Shown piece after piece: positions 1-9,300 of a DNA stretch of 32,000 nucleotides; within the stretch, counting starts at the first letter, position 1, and each line of letters starts with the position of its first letter. Both the position numbers and the translations under genes were made by a program. Origin of the DNA: Candidatus Saganbacteria bacterium (GTDB lineage: Bacteria > Margulisbacteria > WOR-1 > JAKLHX01); NCBI GenBank assembly GCA_026387835.1, contig JAPLKZ010000007.1, forward strand, positions 213,434 through 245,433, read 5' to 3'. Below the pieces are notes generated by a model, which was given only the letters and a program-made list of their open reading frames with translations, was not told the DNA's origin and searched no databases.

Positions 1-426
1 TATCATTTCATTACGACATATTTTGAGGCTCTATATGATTTTTCCGCCAACAATTACCCGAAAGGCATTGAGACTTTTTCGGAAAGCAAGTACCTGCTCG
101 ATTTAATAGATTCTTTTGCAGATGAATATTTTACGGCGCTCGGTATGGACACACAGTTCCAGGAGATAATCTTTCCGTTGTTCATGATAGATTCTTTGTG
201 CAAAGCCGCGGACCCGAGAAAACCCGTGAGCAGTATAGTCATCAAAAAGGAATTCCTTTTAAATTTAAGGCCCGCAAAGATCAGCGATCTGATCAGATAT
301 ATGGCTATATTCCCGTATTTAGACCTGTTAAAAAAAGCATCGAGATCCGGCGACAAACAAAAGCAGGATTATTTTACGGACAAGATCGAAAAATTAAAAG
401 AAGAGGCTTCCTCTAAAGAAAAGTAA
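1..426 (+). CDS. C-terminal part of an uncharacterised protein (5' end outside window)
   Basis: Frame 1 is open from base 1 (YHFITTYFEALYDFSANNYPKG...) to the stop at 424-426 and continues upstream of the ORF-track ATG at 145. Convergent with the next gene. Confidence 0.6.
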   Translation, partial: YHFITTYFEALYDFSANNYPKGIETFSESKYLLDLIDSFADEYFTALGMDTQFQEIIFPLFMIDSLCKAADPRKPVSSIVIKKEFLLNLRPAKISDLIRYMAIFPYLDLLKKASRSGDKQKQDYFTDKIEKLKEEASSKEK

Positions 427-429
427 TGG

Positions 430-1542
430 CTATCCTTTTCTTTCCATGATTGACAGTATTTTATTAGTGTGCTCGTTTTCCGGATCCTGCTTTGCATAAA
501 CTTTGAGAAATTCTAAGGCTTCATCAAGTTTTCCCTGTTTTGCGCAGCAGACAGCATATTGCGAAAACCTCATCGCATCCCAAAAGAAATCCTGGTTTGA
601 TATTTTATCGTGCATTTTTTTAGGTAATGCTACGGCTTTCTTTATTAGATTGTACGCGTCTTCGAACCTGTTGAGTTCCATGTATGCCCGCGTTGCGATG
701 CAATACTGGTCTATATTTTCAGGATTGCATTCGATAGATCGTATGCCTTCGTTCAAAGCTTTCTCAAAATCTTTCAACTCATTTATATATATCCAGCCCT
801 TGCTATTATGACTGTCTTCCTCCAGATGAGAGAGCTCATTTTTTCCTCTGCAGGCAAAAATGACCTTGTCAAAAGCGGCAAGCGAATCATCGGTCCTGTT
901 CATCTGCCAATATTTCTTCGCAAGGAGATAGCTGTATCCGGGATCATCGGCATTTTCAGACGCAGCCTTTTCCAGGATCTCCAGCCTGGATCGGTTCTTT
1001 TTCTTTGACAGGTCCGCGGGCATATTGCCGCCCCAGTGATAGATCGCGATATCAGCCAGCTTCTCCTCTATTCTTTTTATTCCTTGGGGAAAAACGACCT
1101 GTTCATTCACCGGCCTTTGAAAATGAATGCCCAGCTTGTTCCTGAAGATCTTATCCCTCATATAGAAAGATTTCACTTCGGTCGTATCGTATTCACATTC
1201 ATTAATGGGGATATAGATGATATTGGCTCCGGTATTGTCAAGATGAGCCCTTAATTTGCGGACATCTTCCTTTTTAAGGTATTCATCGGCATCTGTCCAC
1301 ATGATCCAGTTCGAATCCGCATATTTTAAAGATTCATTCCTCGCAGCCGAAAAATCATTTATCCATGTAAAATCATGCACTTCCGCCCCGAGTGAAGCCG
1401 CGAGATCTTTTGTCCTGTCAGTGGACCCCGTATCCATGACGATGACTTTGTCGCACGAGGAGACCAGGTTTGGAAGTGTCTTTGAAATATTCACTTCTTC
1501 GTTCTTGACGATCATACAGATATTTAAGGTTGTCTTTTGCAT
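430..1542 (-). CDS. Family 2 glycosyltransferase with C-terminal TPR-like repeats
   Basis: N-terminus LNICMIVKNEEVNISKTLPNLVSSCDKVIVMDTGSTDRT...WIMWTDADEYL is the typical GT2 nucleotide-sugar binding region. C-terminal half has TPR-like helices (DDPGYSYLLAKKYW..., GYAFNLIKKAVAL-type). Confidence 0.85.
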   Translation of the reverse strand: MQKTTLNICMIVKNEEVNISKTLPNLVSSCDKVIVMDTGSTDRTKDLAASLGAEVHDFTWINDFSAARNESLKYADSNWIMWTDADEYLKKEDVRKLRAHLDNTGANIIYIPINECEYDTTEVKSFYMRDKIFRNKLGIHFQRPVNEQVVFPQGIKRIEEKLADIAIYHWGGNMPADLSKKKNRSRLEILEKAASENADDPGYSYLLAKKYWQMNRTDDSLAAFDKVIFACRGKNELSHLEEDSHNSKGWIYINELKDFEKALNEGIRSIECNPENIDQYCIATRAYMELNRFEDAYNLIKKAVALPKKMHDKISNQDFFWDAMRFSQYAVCCAKQGKLDEALEFLKVYAKQDPENEHTNKILSIMERKG

Positions 1543-1549
1543 ATATAGT

Positions 1550-2785
1550 TCAGACTTTGCCGATTAAGATCGAAACGCAATTCCCCCATCTGGTATGTGA
1601 ATCCAATGAAAATGAACATATTAATGAATTATTAATTATAGCATCCTCTGCATATTTGGTTGTTAAGTTCAGCCTGCACAAGGGGTCCGGAGAAGTATAA
1701 TTGATGGTCGGAAATATGAACCTGTCCCTGATGCATAACATGGCCGCGCATATGTTCAGGGGATAGCTCGCGCCGAAAGTTTCCCCCGTCATGGACTTGA
1801 GTGCGCTTACAGGGATATCCTTTGCGTCCGTGCCCATGGCCGATCTTAACGAATCGATCTCAAGTTTGTCGCATATGCGCGAAGAGTTCGCAGAAGAACA
1901 GATGAAATCAATATCCGAGGAGGATAGCCCGGATTCCTGTAACGCTTGTCCGGCAGATCGCCTGATCACCTCTTCTGCCGAAGTTCCGTTCCCGAAAGAA
2001 CCGGTTGAAATGCCGGATATCTTAGCGTATATATTTGCGCCTCTTTTTTTGGCGTCTTCAAGCCTTTCCAGCAATAACAAACATGCTCCTTCAGCGCAAA
2101 TATACCCGTTCCTGTATTGATCGAACGGCCTGCTGTCTTCACTGACCGTTTGGTCTTCATAAGCCAGCTCGCCTTTAGCATGGACGCCCCCAAAAACCAG
2201 AAGCGAGAGTTCGTCGGCTCCGCCGCAGATAATATAATCTGCCTTTTTGTTCTTGAGGAGCTGTACTGCATAAAATATCGCCATGCCTCCTGATGTCACT
2301 TCGGATGATAACGTGTAATTTACCCCGTTAAGGGATAATTCTTTGGCGATAGTTCCGGCGCTGATATTCATTGACAGACTGGGAAAAATAAAGGGATTTG
2401 CAAGTTGAGGCCCATTGGCATTGATTTCGGAAATAAATTTCTCGAGTGATGCGCTGTTGCCAAAGGCGGTCCCGAATATCACCCCGATCCTGCCGCTGTC
2501 TGTCTTTGCCATATCTATTCCCGAATCTTTCACGGCCATTACCGCCGCAGCGGTCGAATACCGGGTCAACCTGTCCATTTTTCTGGCGTTTGACGCCGGT
2601 ATATGATCTGCTATCGAAAAGTCGTTTATTTCACCGGCCTTTTTTGATCCGAATATTGAGGGGTCAAACCTTTTGATCCTATCGACGCCGCTTTTCCCTG
2701 TCTTTAAGGACTCAAGAAAAGCTTCGGTACCCGTCCCGATAGGACTTACTATCCCTATACCCGTTATTACTATTTGGTCTTCCAT
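1550..2785 (-). CDS. Ketosynthase-fold protein lacking the catalytic triad (KS-beta / chain-length-factor-like)
   Basis: FabF-like fold motifs throughout (MEDQIVITGIGIVSPIGTGTEAF, KSMTG). Cys->Val163, first His->Ser298, second His->Glu335 by alignment with the adjacent intact KS. Confidence 0.85.
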   Translation of the reverse strand: MEDQIVITGIGIVSPIGTGTEAFLESLKTGKSGVDRIKRFDPSIFGSKKAGEINDFSIADHIPASNARKMDRLTRYSTAAAVMAVKDSGIDMAKTDSGRIGVIFGTAFGNSASLEKFISEINANGPQLANPFIFPSLSMNISAGTIAKELSLNGVNYTLSSEVTSGGMAIFYAVQLLKNKKADYIICGGADELSLLVFGGVHAKGELAYEDQTVSEDSRPFDQYRNGYICAEGACLLLLERLEDAKKRGANIYAKISGISTGSFGNGTSAEEVIRRSAGQALQESGLSSSDIDFICSSANSSRICDKLEIDSLRSAMGTDAKDIPVSALKSMTGETFGASYPLNICAAMLCIRDRFIFPTINYTSPDPLCRLNLTTKYAEDAIINNSLICSFSLDSHTRWGNCVSILIGKV

Positions 2786-4035
2786 TTTTTTATTATGATG
2801 CTCGAGTTGTTGCCAGCAAAAGCAAAATTATTTGACATTGATATATCGAACGTCTTGGGCCTTGATCTGTTCGGGACATAATCCAGATCGCAGGCAGGGT
2901 CGGGCGTTTCGTAGTTTATTGTCGGAGGAATAAAGGATCCCCGCATGGCCAGTATGCATGCGATTATTTCAATTATCCCTGCCGCTCCCAAAGCATGACC
3001 GGTCATGGATTTAGTAGAGCTTACCGGTATTTCGTAGGCATTTTCCCCGAAAGCTCCTTTTATGGCTTTTGTCTCCATTTCATCATTTTGCTGTGTCCCG
3101 GTGCCGTGAGCATTAATATATTCAACGGCATCCGTTCGCAAATGTGCGTCCTCAAGAGCGGCTTTCATCGCAAGGGCCGCTCCCCTGCCGCTCGGGTCGG
3201 GCGATGTCTCATGATAAGCATCGCTGCTGTTACCGTAGCCGAGTATCTCCGCATAGATCATGGCCTTTCTCTTTAGAGCATGTTCAAGTTCTTCCAGGAT
3301 CAGGATCCCCGCCCCTTCTCCCAGCAATAAACCCGACCTGTTCTTATCGAACGGCTGGCATTTTTTTTCGGCAAGACCTCTTAAAGAATGGAAACCATAA
3401 TAAGCGATATCGAACAGGTCCTCGGCTCCTCCCGTGAAACATATTTCTGACAAGCCGTTTCCGATCAGATCGGATGCGATCATTACGGAATTCAGAGATG
3501 AGGAGCAGGCTGTCGAAACCGTCAAAGAGGGCCCTTTGAGGTCATAATATGACGCGATAGCCTTTGCGGGTCCGTAAGCGGTATTAGCGACAAGCTGTTC
3601 GGGTTTTAAACCGCTGATATCCTTTTCTGTAATGATCTTTCTAAAGATGACTTTTAAGGATTCGATAGAACCCTGGGACAGGCCGAAGACCGATCCTATC
3701 CTGTAAGGATCCTCGTCTTTAAAACATATTTTGGAGTCCTTCACGGCCTGTACGGCAGAAATATGTATCATGTCCAGGGCCCTGTAAGAATACGGGAAAT
3801 TTACCGCAGGGAGATCCTTTATTTCACAGGCTATATGGACGCGCAGGCCGTTTGTATCAAACAGCGTGACCGGGGCCACACCTGAAACTCCGTTCTTGAG
3901 ATTTAAAGCATATTCATCGATGGAGTTGCCGATCGAAGACAAAACTCCCATGCCCGTTACAACCACCCTTTTAGACCGGTTTGGCAATTTCGATCTCTTT
4001 CCTGATAAATAATGATATCTCGCTTTCAAAGACAA
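2770..4035 (-). CDS. Beta-ketoacyl-ACP synthase II-like (KS-alpha)
   Basis: Intact motifs GPSLTVSTACSSSL, NAHGTGTQQND and KSMTGHALGAAG. Annotated ORF overlaps the upstream dehydratase by 65 nt; a GTG at 3966 (aa 24, VVVTGMG) or TTG near 3987 is a plausible real start. Confidence 0.92.
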   Translation of the reverse strand: MSLKARYHYLSGKRSKLPNRSKRVVVTGMGVLSSIGNSIDEYALNLKNGVSGVAPVTLFDTNGLRVHIACEIKDLPAVNFPYSYRALDMIHISAVQAVKDSKICFKDEDPYRIGSVFGLSQGSIESLKVIFRKIITEKDISGLKPEQLVANTAYGPAKAIASYYDLKGPSLTVSTACSSSLNSVMIASDLIGNGLSEICFTGGAEDLFDIAYYGFHSLRGLAEKKCQPFDKNRSGLLLGEGAGILILEELEHALKRKAMIYAEILGYGNSSDAYHETSPDPSGRGAALAMKAALEDAHLRTDAVEYINAHGTGTQQNDEMETKAIKGAFGENAYEIPVSSTKSMTGHALGAAGIIEIIACILAMRGSFIPPTINYETPDPACDLDYVPNRSRPKTFDISMSNNFAFAGNNSSIIIKKWKTK

Positions 4036-4441
4036 GCTCGCCGTTTGAATGTATCGTGCCTTTAGCTATCAGAAAGTCCCCGATTTTATCGGTGAATTCA
4101 GTTTTTATTATAAGCTCATCCGAAAACCCGACACTTTTTAACATATGACAGTTTTTGAACGAGACAATAAAATGTGAAAAATTAGACCCAGGTTCATTGT
4201 CGCTGTTGTCCATCTTTATCATATCCGGGACAAAAAATTCGGCCAGGTTCATCGATTGGGCCAGGCATTCAAGAAGTATCGTGCCCGGGACGGAAAATTC
4301 ATTGCGGAGAACGGGGTCGTTCTTTGAAAACCGTTTTTTGCATAAAATATAATTGCTTTTGGCCTCGATGAATTCGTCGATAAATACGAAAGGCGGTTTG
4401 TGCTTGTAAAAAGGTTCAAAGACCAGGTCGTTGATTAACAC
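3971..4441 (-). CDS. Hot-dog fold 3-hydroxyacyl-ACP dehydratase-like protein (atypical; possibly ApeP/COG4706-like)
   Basis: HKPPFVFIDEF near the N-terminus and RNEFSVPGTILLECLAQSMNL; lacks the HFPGxPxxPG motif of FabZ. Confidence 0.65.
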   Translation of the reverse strand: MLINDLVFEPFYKHKPPFVFIDEFIEAKSNYILCKKRFSKNDPVLRNEFSVPGTILLECLAQSMNLAEFFVPDMIKMDNSDNEPGSNFSHFIVSFKNCHMLKSVGFSDELIIKTEFTDKIGDFLIAKGTIHSNGELVFESEISLFIRKEIEIAKPV

Positions 4442-4444
4442 TTC

Positions 4445-4750
4445 TTATTTCATTTTGCTTTTTATGAAGTTAGCCATTGTGCCGATATCTTTAAATATTG
4501 CTTCAGGGCTTTTGAGGTCTTCGTTAGTGATCTTTACCCCGAAATTCTTATCGATCCCGACTATTATTTCCAGAGAATCTATCGAATCAAGACCGAGGGA
4601 ATCGGAGTCAGGCGGCCTATTTTGAGGGCGGCTTTCCTGTGCCATGTTAAAAAGCTGCGTCCGTTCGTTGATGTCCTCGGGCCGGATATTCAGGTTTAAT
4701 TGAGTGATCAGCATCTCCTTTAATTTTTGCAGGATCTCATGATATTCCAT
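4445..4750 (-). CDS. Acyl carrier protein
   Basis: About 100 aa, DSLGLDSIDSLEIIVGID phosphopantetheine-attachment motif, located in a ketosynthase/reductase operon. Confidence 0.88.
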   Translation of the reverse strand: MEYHEILQKLKEMLITQLNLNIRPEDINERTQLFNMAQESRPQNRPPDSDSLGLDSIDSLEIIVGIDKNFGVKITNEDLKSPEAIFKDIGTMANFIKSKMK

Positions 4751-4760
4751 ATAAATCTCC

Positions 4761-5495
4761 TTAGTTTATTAGACCACCGTCAACGATGATCTGTTGTCCC
4801 TGAATATATGATGCCTCACCCGAGGCAAGAAAAGCAACTACAGATGCGACTTCAGACGGCCTGCCGTACCTCTTTAAAGGAATAGCTTCCCGATATCTGT
4901 CAAGTATATGTTCCGGGATCGACAAAACCATATCAGTGTCTATCAGTCCGGGAAGGACGCAATTGACGGTTATTCCGTAACCGGACAGTTCCTTTGAAAG
5001 CGCATTTGAAAAACCGATCACCCCAGCTTTTGAAGCGGCGTAACTTGTCTGTCCTGCCGCACCGTTCTTTGCCGCGATCGAACTTATGTTGATTATCTTC
5101 CCGCTCTTGCGTGAGATCATGTGCTTGGAGACGGCTTTGCAGCAATAAAAAGTGCCGTAAAGATTTGTCTTCAGGGTGAGATCGAAGTCATCATTGGGAG
5201 TAGTCAGAAGGAAGCTGTTTTTTACTAAACCCGCATTATTTACGAGTACATCGATCTTTCCGCATTTGCCGATTATCTCCTCGGCCATGCTCTCAACCTC
5301 GCAAAAATTACTTACATCAGCTTTGGCTAACATCCCCTGCCCTTCTATTTCACGCAGCAGTTCCTGTGCCGCGGCCGTGCTCTTGTTGAAGTTTATGGCG
5401 ACAAAATAGCCGAGCCCATGAAAGGCCTTTACGATGGCTTTGCCTATTCCGCCTGTGCCGCCGGTTACCAGGACGACTTTATTTTCGAGCGCCAT
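4761..5495 (-). CDS. fabG: 3-oxoacyl-ACP reductase (SDR, FabG-like)
   Basis: VVLVTGGTGGIGKAIVKAF (Rossmann TGxxxGIG), NNAG, YAASKAG active site, YIQGQQIIVDGG C-terminus. ORF track starts at 5513; the conserved MALENKVVLVTGG start is at 5495. Confidence 0.92.
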   Translation of the reverse strand: MALENKVVLVTGGTGGIGKAIVKAFHGLGYFVAINFNKSTAAAQELLREIEGQGMLAKADVSNFCEVESMAEEIIGKCGKIDVLVNNAGLVKNSFLLTTPNDDFDLTLKTNLYGTFYCCKAVSKHMISRKSGKIINISSIAAKNGAAGQTSYAASKAGVIGFSNALSKELSGYGITVNCVLPGLIDTDMVLSIPEHILDRYREAIPLKRYGRPSEVASVVAFLASGEASYIQGQQIIVDGGLIN

Positions 5496-5504
5496 AATAA
5501 ATGT

Positions 5505-5534
5505 ATTATACAAAACATAAAATATATTTGCAAA
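5505..5534 (-). promoter_or_regulatory. Candidate sigma-70 promoter for the minus-strand ketosynthase operon
   Basis: On the minus strand TTGCAA-N18-TATAAT; the predicted start is only a few nt from ATG 5495. Confidence 0.5.
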
Positions 5535-5578
5535 TAAAAAACAAATATGATAGTATTTAAAAAATAATCGGTCAGGTT

Positions 5579-6298
5579 ATGAAAAACTTTTTTATATATA
5601 GCGGTATTATTGTTATAATAGTTGTGTTTGTAATTGCTAGATTGGTAGATCTGTTGCTCAATATTTTTTCAAATGACAAAGAACTTGACGCCCAGAAATT
5701 TCTATATAAGTGGTCGCACAGATTATTTTGGGTGATAAATTCCAAGGTTGAATTCTCCGGCCTCGAAAATATCCCCGCGACCGGCCCGGTGATCATTGTG
5801 GCAAGGTACAGGTTCCCCATAGATCTTATAATATCCACAGCAATTTTTAAGAGAAAAGTATATCTTGCCGTGGATTCGACATTTTTTGTTTTTCCGCTTT
5901 CATTTATGAGCAAAAGCGCAGGATATCTGAACATTGACAACAAGAATCTTTTGATCGCGGCGCAGCAGATGGATAAGACAATAGAAAAGCTCAGGGCGGG
6001 TTCGGCTATTTTTATGTTCATAAGCAGAAGGACAGACATTGACAGTCCCGTTCACGGCCCCGCTTTTGCGTCCCTTGAAACTAATATCCCGGTCATCCCT
6101 ATTGCGATAAATTCGACCCCGGAATTATCTGTATTCACTAATTTTATATATGGCATGTTCGTCCGTAAAAAGGTGTTAGATGTCATTAAGGTCAGGATCG
6201 GAGAGCCAATAATGTCAAATGAGCAAAATGACAGGATCGGAAGGGTTAAGTTCACAGAAGAAATAGTCAGAAAGATCGATTCGATGCTGAAAAAATAG
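5579..6298 (+). CDS. PlsC-like (LPLAT superfamily) acyltransferase with degenerate catalytic motifs
   Basis: N-terminal TM helix; VEFSGLENIPATGPVIIVARYRFPIDLI...FMFISRRTDID...IPVIPIAIN matches the LPLAT layout, but the NHxxxxD His is Tyr77 and the EGTRS motif is altered. Confidence 0.65.
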   Translation: MKNFFIYSGIIVIIVVFVIARLVDLLLNIFSNDKELDAQKFLYKWSHRLFWVINSKVEFSGLENIPATGPVIIVARYRFPIDLIISTAIFKRKVYLAVDSTFFVFPLSFMSKSAGYLNIDNKNLLIAAQQMDKTIEKLRAGSAIFMFISRRTDIDSPVHGPAFASLETNIPVIPIAINSTPELSVFTNFIYGMFVRKKVLDVIKVRIGEPIMSNEQNDRIGRVKFTEEIVRKIDSMLKK

Positions 6299-6375
6299 TT
6301 CTTACAATACGACCTCAGTTATAAATGAACTCCTGATTTCCATTGTTTGTATTATTTAGGAGAACGGCATTCCGC

Positions 6376-9300
6376 TCAGCACATAAAGTTGTTATTACCG
6401 TTTTTGTCGGGTTCGCCGGTTATCGGATCTATTTTTTTTATTGAACCGGCACATATAGTATTACTGTCCTTGCTGTTGAGCATATCTTCTATTTTGGCCT
6501 TCAGGTCTTTTCCGATGCTGTCATTGTCCACTCTTAAGATCGCTTTCTTTACATATTCGGAATTAGATACCAACGCCAGTTGAGACAAGACGGCTATGGC
6601 ATCTTTGGTCTCGAGTACTGAAAGTATATAGGCGGCCACTTCAGGCTTGAAATTCCTTAAGAATTTAGCCGTCTCCTCCGGTCCCATCCCATTAGCGATA
6701 ATCTGAGAAAGGGCTACCTTGGCAGATTCTTTGGTTGCAAATGTCAATATGCTGCTCACCGCGACCTGTTCGATCTTCGGCTTGACGATGTCTTGGTCGG
6801 CAGGATCCTTTACAGTGGCTGTCATGAACAGCTGGGAATTGATCTGATCGAACATCTTCCGCATGATCTTATCGGTCTCATCCTTTAACGCGGGAGATCC
6901 CGGAAGATTTGATATAGTGCTTACGAGATTAAGCAGCTTTGGCATCGACACATTTATATCCGGCTTATCAGTAAGGGTCGAGATCATGCCGATGATCTTG
7001 CTTGCGGCGATTGCCGGGTTTTCAAGTATCATTTTGGCGATATAGTCATTTGATGCGTTGCCCTCAAGAAGTTTTAGTGCTGTCTGTGCTGCCTGCTTGC
7101 ACGTAATATTCGTTGAAGTGTTTTGCAGTGATTCTACGGCATTTTCAAGCTTGCTGATCACCAATTGTTTTGTGCTTTCTTTGATATTCGATCCGGTCAC
7201 CAAAGCTTTTACCTGCGTAAGCGTATCCTGCGCTTCTTCAGGCTTTGAGAAGTTCTTCTGTTTAAGTCCGTAGATGATGTTCTTTGCGTTTGCCGCGCTT
7301 GTGGGATCAAGTTTAGCCGATATGCTGTTAAGGAACTGTTCGATCGGTTTCTTCAACGATTTTATTTGAGCCTCGGTTTCGTTGCCCGAAGCGGATATCC
7401 TTTTGGCGTTGTCTGCCCTGTTCTTTATTCCTATTGCTATCCTTAATATAGATGCGTCTTCATTATTTAATTTATTGTTTTTATCGGCATTTATCTCCGC
7501 CTCAATTTTCTTCATTTCGTTTTCATCAAATACCCCTTTGGTTTCGTTAGTAACTGATGAAGCAGTTGAACTCCTTGATACTTGCTTGTCATCTCTGAAC
7601 GTATCAGGCCTTATGGCAGCCTGCGCCTGGTTGATGACTACAGGGCTCTGTGTCGTCCTCATTATGTTCTCGGCTATCTCAACGGCTTTTACGGCCTGTT
7701 TTGTCTCCTTGGCAATAGCCATCACCTGATGCTGTTTCTGCGGCTCAAGGTTCAATATGATCTGCGCCGCCTGCGTGGGTTCCTTATCCTTAACCGCCTG
7801 GACTATCATCTGTGTCGGCACCACATCAAGCACTTTTGCAGCTTCAGTGGCCGTCATCTCGCCTTTGATGACCTTAGAGACCACCTGCGAGACCGCTTTC
7901 TGTACAGCCTGTTCTGCCTTGCTTACCACTACGTTGGTATTCATGTCCTTGGGCACGTCGGTCGATACCTTGGAAAGTACCGCCACCAGGTCTTTTACCG
8001 CTGCCGTGTTGTTGGCGCTTATCTCGTCATCTATTACTATTATTATCTGGTTTATTACATCTTCTGCCTTTTTGGGATTATCCATCACCATCTGTACAAC
8101 TTTATCTTCCGTTGTAGGCTTCATGTTCATTGCCTGAGGTGCATGCTGTGCTTCCTTCACAGGTGTATATGAGGTCGGCATGCTTTCAGCCTGCTTCACC
8201 TGCGGTTTATTGACTACAGGAGCGGCCTGCACGGCTGTTTTGACTTGAGGCTCTATAACAGCCTGCGGAGCAGCTTCCATTTTCTGCGTGATCTTCTCTA
8301 TCGCCTTGTCTAAGGCCACCGTGATTCTGATATTGTTCGGTACCGCTGCTTTTACTTCTTCAAGCGCTATCACTATCTGCTGCATATTCTCCGGATTCAC
8401 TTTCTTTTCCGAATGTTCTATGACAGCAGGGATCATTCTTGCCACTTTGTCGATCATGTTGGGCTTGCTTGTTATAGCCCGCACAACATCTTCCACCGGC
8501 TTGTTGTTGACTATATCGTTCACCGCTTTCTGTGCCGCATCTTTTGCCCTTACGTTGACAGAGGTATTGTCCACTGCTTCCATGGCCTGCGTCAGCTTTT
8601 GTGCTATGACCTCTTTCACTTTTTCGTTGATCTTTGCACCGTTTGCCATGTCCTTCACCTGAGATATGAACCTCGCCACTTTTTCCGTGTTCGTGAAGTC
8701 GGCTTTCTTTATCTCTGAGCTCATGTCCTTTGCTTTTTTGGCCTCTGTTTGCGGCAGCTTCTCCGCTATCTGTGTCAGGAGCTGTTCCATTGGCTTCTTT
8801 AAGGCATTGAGCTGCGTCGCGGGGTCAACGGCTTTTTGGGATGCCTCTTTAGCGGCTAGAGCCCCGTTCTTTATGACGATGACTGTGGATACTATCCTTG
8901 TATCCGCCTTGCTGGCCTTGGACAAACTCTTCATATTGCTCATCTCCGCCCTTATCATATCTGTTTCTAACCTTGTGAACTCCTCATCAGTAGAGACCTC
9001 TTTGGACGCTTCAGTTGTCGGGGCTTGTTCTACCTGCCTGGGATTCCTGAATGAATCCTGCATTATGATTGGCTGAGCCTGGATGCCGGCTGGAGATACC
9101 TGGTTCCTCCTGGTGTTCTCGGCTATAACTACAGCTTTGATAGCTTGTTGTTTCTCATTGGCCATAGCGATCACCTGATGCCGTTTTCCAGGTTCAAGAT
9201 TGACTATCACCATAGCCGCTGCCTCAGGACTCGCCTTTGCCATGGCTCTCACTGTCACTTCAGCAGGAACGTTGTTAAGCGCTGTGGCCGCTTCTTCAGG

